From Candidatus Eiseniibacteriota bacterium (GTDB lineage: Bacteria > Eisenbacteria > RBG-16-71-46 > CAZAMP01), in NCBI GenBank assembly GCA_965224245.1, contig OZ245046.1:544001-608000 (forward strand): a stretch of DNA of 64,000 nucleotides, read 5' to 3'. Position numbers and translations under genes: made by a program. Each line of letters begins with the position of its first letter. Positions within the stretch are counted from its first letter, which is position 1. Positions 60,428 through 64,000 of this stretch are shown here, in pieces. The notes under the pieces were generated by a model. It did not search any database, was not told where the DNA came from, and saw only the letters and a program-made list of their open reading frames with translations.

Positions 60428-61942
60428 TCAGCGCTCCGACACGCGATCGCGATACACCGACGGGAACCGGGCCAGGAACGCGATCACCGGCGCGAGCTCG
60501 CGGGTGTCCACGCACTCGCCGATCTTGTGCGTGTTCTGCTCGATTCCCGGGCCGATCCCGAACATCGCGGGATGCCGGAACGAGCCGGCCTCGACCCACC
60601 GCTTCGATCGTGGCACCTCGAGCGAGCCGGCGATAGGCAGCGGCACGCCGACACCGTCGGTCGAGAACACCCAGCGCGAGACGCGAGGCTCGGTAGAGAG
60701 GCCTCCGGCAGGCGCATCGCCGACGATCGGCGTGATCACGCGCCGGTACGACTCGACCGCGGCCCGGATGGCGGGGTGGTCGTCGGGCGTGACCCACCCC
60801 GGATAGATCTGTTCGTTTCCGGGTGTGTAGCCGCGCCACGTGGATCGGTCGTACGTGGGCACGCGGACGTCCACGATCAGACCCGCGTCGCGCGCACGCG
60901 CGACCGCGGGCAGGGCCTCGACGGCAACCCGCGCGGCCTCGGGATCCTCGCCGGCGGTCAGGCGCCGGTCGAACCGGAACGTGAATCGTTCGGGCACCGC
61001 GCAGTCGCTCGGGGTGTCCAGCGTGGCGAAGCTGGCGGTGCGGGTGCCGGCGCCGAGGAAGTCGTCGTCGCCGAAGGCATCGTCGCGCGCGGCGGCCCCG
61101 GTGGCGTCGGTAAGGATGGCGGCTCCGTGCTCGAGCGGATTGCGGCCCTCGTGCGGCATCGATCCGTGACAGCTCTTGCCGGTCACCACGACCTCGATCT
61201 GCATGCGGCCGCGCTGGCCCCGGTAGATTCCGAGCGCGCCGTCTCTGGAGCAGCCGGTGCCCTCGGTCAGGATGTACACGTCGGGGATGCGGCCCGGGGG
61301 CGCGTCGCGGAGCGCGTGGCGCATGACGTACATCGGACCGCCGCCGTCGTTGTCCTCCTCGGCGACGGTGGCCAGGCTCTCGACGACGATGCCGTCGAGC
61401 GCACCCTCGGACCGGAGCTCACGGAGGATCTTCGTCGCGACGATCTGGCAAACCACGCCGCCGAGCTGGTCGGCCGAGCCACGTCCCCACAGGAGGTGCT
61501 CCCACTGGTCGTCCGGCGGGAGGTAGCCCAGCTCGCGGCGGAGCACCGCCACGTTCACGCGGTCGGGGTCGGTCAGGCCATCGTACGGATCCATGCCGGT
61601 GCCCACGAGCTCGTGCCAGCGTGGCCGGAGCGCCTGCACCGTGTCCGTGTGACCGTCGAGATAGACGACGACCTTCTCGTCGGCCGGGATGCCGTCGGCG
61701 GGATTGGAGACGCTCCACCGGAGGTTCCCGAACGCGTCGAAGCCGACATCGTCCGGGGAGTCCACCGCGCCGACCTCGACGCACGTCCGGCGGAGGTACT
61801 CGAGTCTCGGCCCCTCGTGGTTGGACAGACCGCACTCGGGATCGGTGCTCACGTGGTCGGCGGGGATCCGGATCGCCTCGCGCAGGATCTCGATCGCGAC
61901 GGGCTGGTACGCGCGCGCGAGATCGGAGAATCTCGAGTCCAT
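60428..61942 (-). CDS. ygeY: YgeY-like M20-family metallohydrolase
   Basis: DGHTDTV, WGRGSADQLGG, EEDNDG, GQRGR..V.G.SCHGS.P, DRRLT.GE, FSTDGV; ATG overlaps the ygeW stop. Confidence 0.85.
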   Translation of the reverse strand: MDSRFSDLARAYQPVAIEILREAIRIPADHVSTDPECGLSNHEGPRLEYLRRTCVEVGAVDSPDDVGFDAFGNLRWSVSNPADGIPADEKVVVYLDGHTDTVQALRPRWHELVGTGMDPYDGLTDPDRVNVAVLRRELGYLPPDDQWEHLLWGRGSADQLGGVVCQIVATKILRELRSEGALDGIVVESLATVAEEDNDGGGPMYVMRHALRDAPPGRIPDVYILTEGTGCSRDGALGIYRGQRGRMQIEVVVTGKSCHGSMPHEGRNPLEHGAAILTDATGAAARDDAFGDDDFLGAGTRTASFATLDTPSDCAVPERFTFRFDRRLTAGEDPEAARVAVEALPAVARARDAGLIVDVRVPTYDRSTWRGYTPGNEQIYPGWVTPDDHPAIRAAVESYRRVITPIVGDAPAGGLSTEPRVSRWVFSTDGVGVPLPIAGSLEVPRSKRWVEAGSFRHPAMFGIGPGIEQNTHKIGECVDTRELAPVIAFLARFPSVYRDRVSER

Positions 61943-63117
61943 CAGCGACGCGACTCCTTTCCAGGGCTCGCGGCATCGAGCGCCGACAACCGCTCGGTCA
62001 GCGCCTCCGCCTTCGTCACCGCGAGGAGCGCCATGATCACGAAGACTTTCGCGTTGGCCTCGCGAGCCAGATCCACCACGAACCGTTCCATCACACCGGG
62101 GCTGACCTCGGCGCCGATGTCGGCGGGCAGGCAGTGCATGTACAGGCCGTCGCCGCCGGCCGTCAGGCCCATCCGGCGCTCGTCGCAGATCCAGTCCCGG
62201 TGCGTGGCGTTGCGCTCGAGGGCGCGTCGCTCGATGTCGCCCAGCGCCGCGCGGTCGCCGCCGCGGTTGGCCTCGACCCGCTCCAGCATCAGGTCGTAGG
62301 GGCCCCAGCTCTTCGGGTACACGACGTCCGCGCCGTCGAACGCGGCATCCATGTCCGGGACCACGGTGAAGCTCCCTCCGGCCTCGGCCGCGAACCGCGT
62401 CGCATCCTCCACGCACTCGGGAACGAGGCGATACCCGTCGGGATGCGCGAGTCGCACGTGCATGCCGAACCGCGTCAGGAGCGTGATCAGACCCTGGGGC
62501 ACCGACAGCGGCTTCGCATAGCTCGGCGAGTACGCCCAGCTCACGCCGATCGTGCGACCGGCCAGCCCGTCCGGGAAGCGCTGCCGCAGCCACGCCAGGT
62601 CCGCGAGCGTCTGCGTGGGGTGATCGACGTCGCACTGGAGGTTGATCGTGGGGACGGCACGATCGCATCCGGTCGCATCCAGGTAGTGGCGGAGCCCGGC
62701 GGCGGCCTCGCGCATGAACCGGTTGCCTTCGCCGAGAATCAGGTCGTGCCGGATGCCGAGCGCGTGCGCGTTCATGCCCAGCATCGTGCCGGTCTCCTGG
62801 GCCGTCTCGCCGTGCGAGACCTGTGTCGAGGATCCGTCCACGATCACCGGGTGTGCGCCGAGCCGGGTCGCGGCGCCCGCCCAGCTGGACTTGGTGCGCG
62901 TCGAGTTGTCGAAGAAGAGCGCGTAGTGAAGCTCGTTCGGAAACAGGGAGGCCACCACCCGGTCACGCTCGAACGACGCGAACAGGGCGGCCAGCGTCGT
63001 GATCGTGTCGAGCTCGGCACGACTCCACTCGCGGGTCAGGAGCATGCTGCGTCCGATCAGCCCGTCGAGCACGGAGGCGTCCAGCGACGCGATCAGGGAG
63101 TCTCGCGGGGTCGACAT
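61942..63117 (-). CDS. ygeW: YgeW knotted carbamoyltransferase
   Basis: DNSTRT, HGET, NLQCDVDHPTQ, WAYSPSYAKPLSVPQG, YPKSW, YMHCLPADI. Confidence 0.92.
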   Translation of the reverse strand: MSTPRDSLIASLDASVLDGLIGRSMLLTREWSRAELDTITTLAALFASFERDRVVASLFPNELHYALFFDNSTRTKSSWAGAATRLGAHPVIVDGSSTQVSHGETAQETGTMLGMNAHALGIRHDLILGEGNRFMREAAAGLRHYLDATGCDRAVPTINLQCDVDHPTQTLADLAWLRQRFPDGLAGRTIGVSWAYSPSYAKPLSVPQGLITLLTRFGMHVRLAHPDGYRLVPECVEDATRFAAEAGGSFTVVPDMDAAFDGADVVYPKSWGPYDLMLERVEANRGGDRAALGDIERRALERNATHRDWICDERRMGLTAGGDGLYMHCLPADIGAEVSPGVMERFVVDLAREANAKVFVIMALLAVTKAEALTERLSALDAASPGKESRR

Positions 63118-63121
63118 CGGG

Positions 63122-64000
<879 letters not shown>

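Noticed and set aside
54643-62668. Apparent long fusions (925, 845, 1022 and 746 aa ORFs) for ssnA, the PLP enzymes and ygeY
   Set aside because: The upstream parts are off-frame read-through of neighbouring genes; the likely starts overlap or abut the upstream stops

Overview
High-GC bacterial window with about 33 genes. No rRNA, tRNA, CRISPR array or transposase was recognised. Left to right: (1) a minus-strand 2-oxoglutarate dehydrogenase operon (sucA-sucB-lpdA, lpdA cut by the left edge) divergent from a glutamine-dependent nadE and a small TPR gene; (2) a block of secreted proteins, most ending in a FlgD/T9SS-CTD-like Ig tail (C25 peptidase, BNR protein, LVIVD protein, choice-of-anchor-B protein), plus a PD40 propeller and an ECF sigma factor coupled to a Ser/Thr kinase-ATPase-TPR protein; (3) the main finding, a compact non-canonical enediyne-type PKS locus (about 23.5-38.6 kb) encoding a UnbV/ASPIC-TPR fusion, a divergently transcribed secreted protein with two 200-aa 'VDSFFDIAY' repeats, an MMPL/RND transporter, UnbL/DUF1702, a complete PKSE (KS-AT-ACP-KR-DH-PPTase) and an E10-type thioesterase, with no visible UnbU/E5 or tailoring genes; (4) GT9, DoxX, a PiT-DUF47-Na/Pi phosphate operon, CBM48/GH97 genes, an aldehyde dehydrogenase and a propeller hybrid kinase; (5) an anaerobic purine-catabolism-type cluster (xdh, ssnA, two PLP enzymes, ygeY, ygeW, and a ygfK-like gene cut by the right edge). 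The FlgD-like tails and C-terminal 'SWxxxK' motifs suggest an FCB-group candidate lineage (Eisenbacteria/Krumholzibacteriota/Latescibacterota-like), which is inference only. All family calls come from reading motifs by eye; no database search was run.
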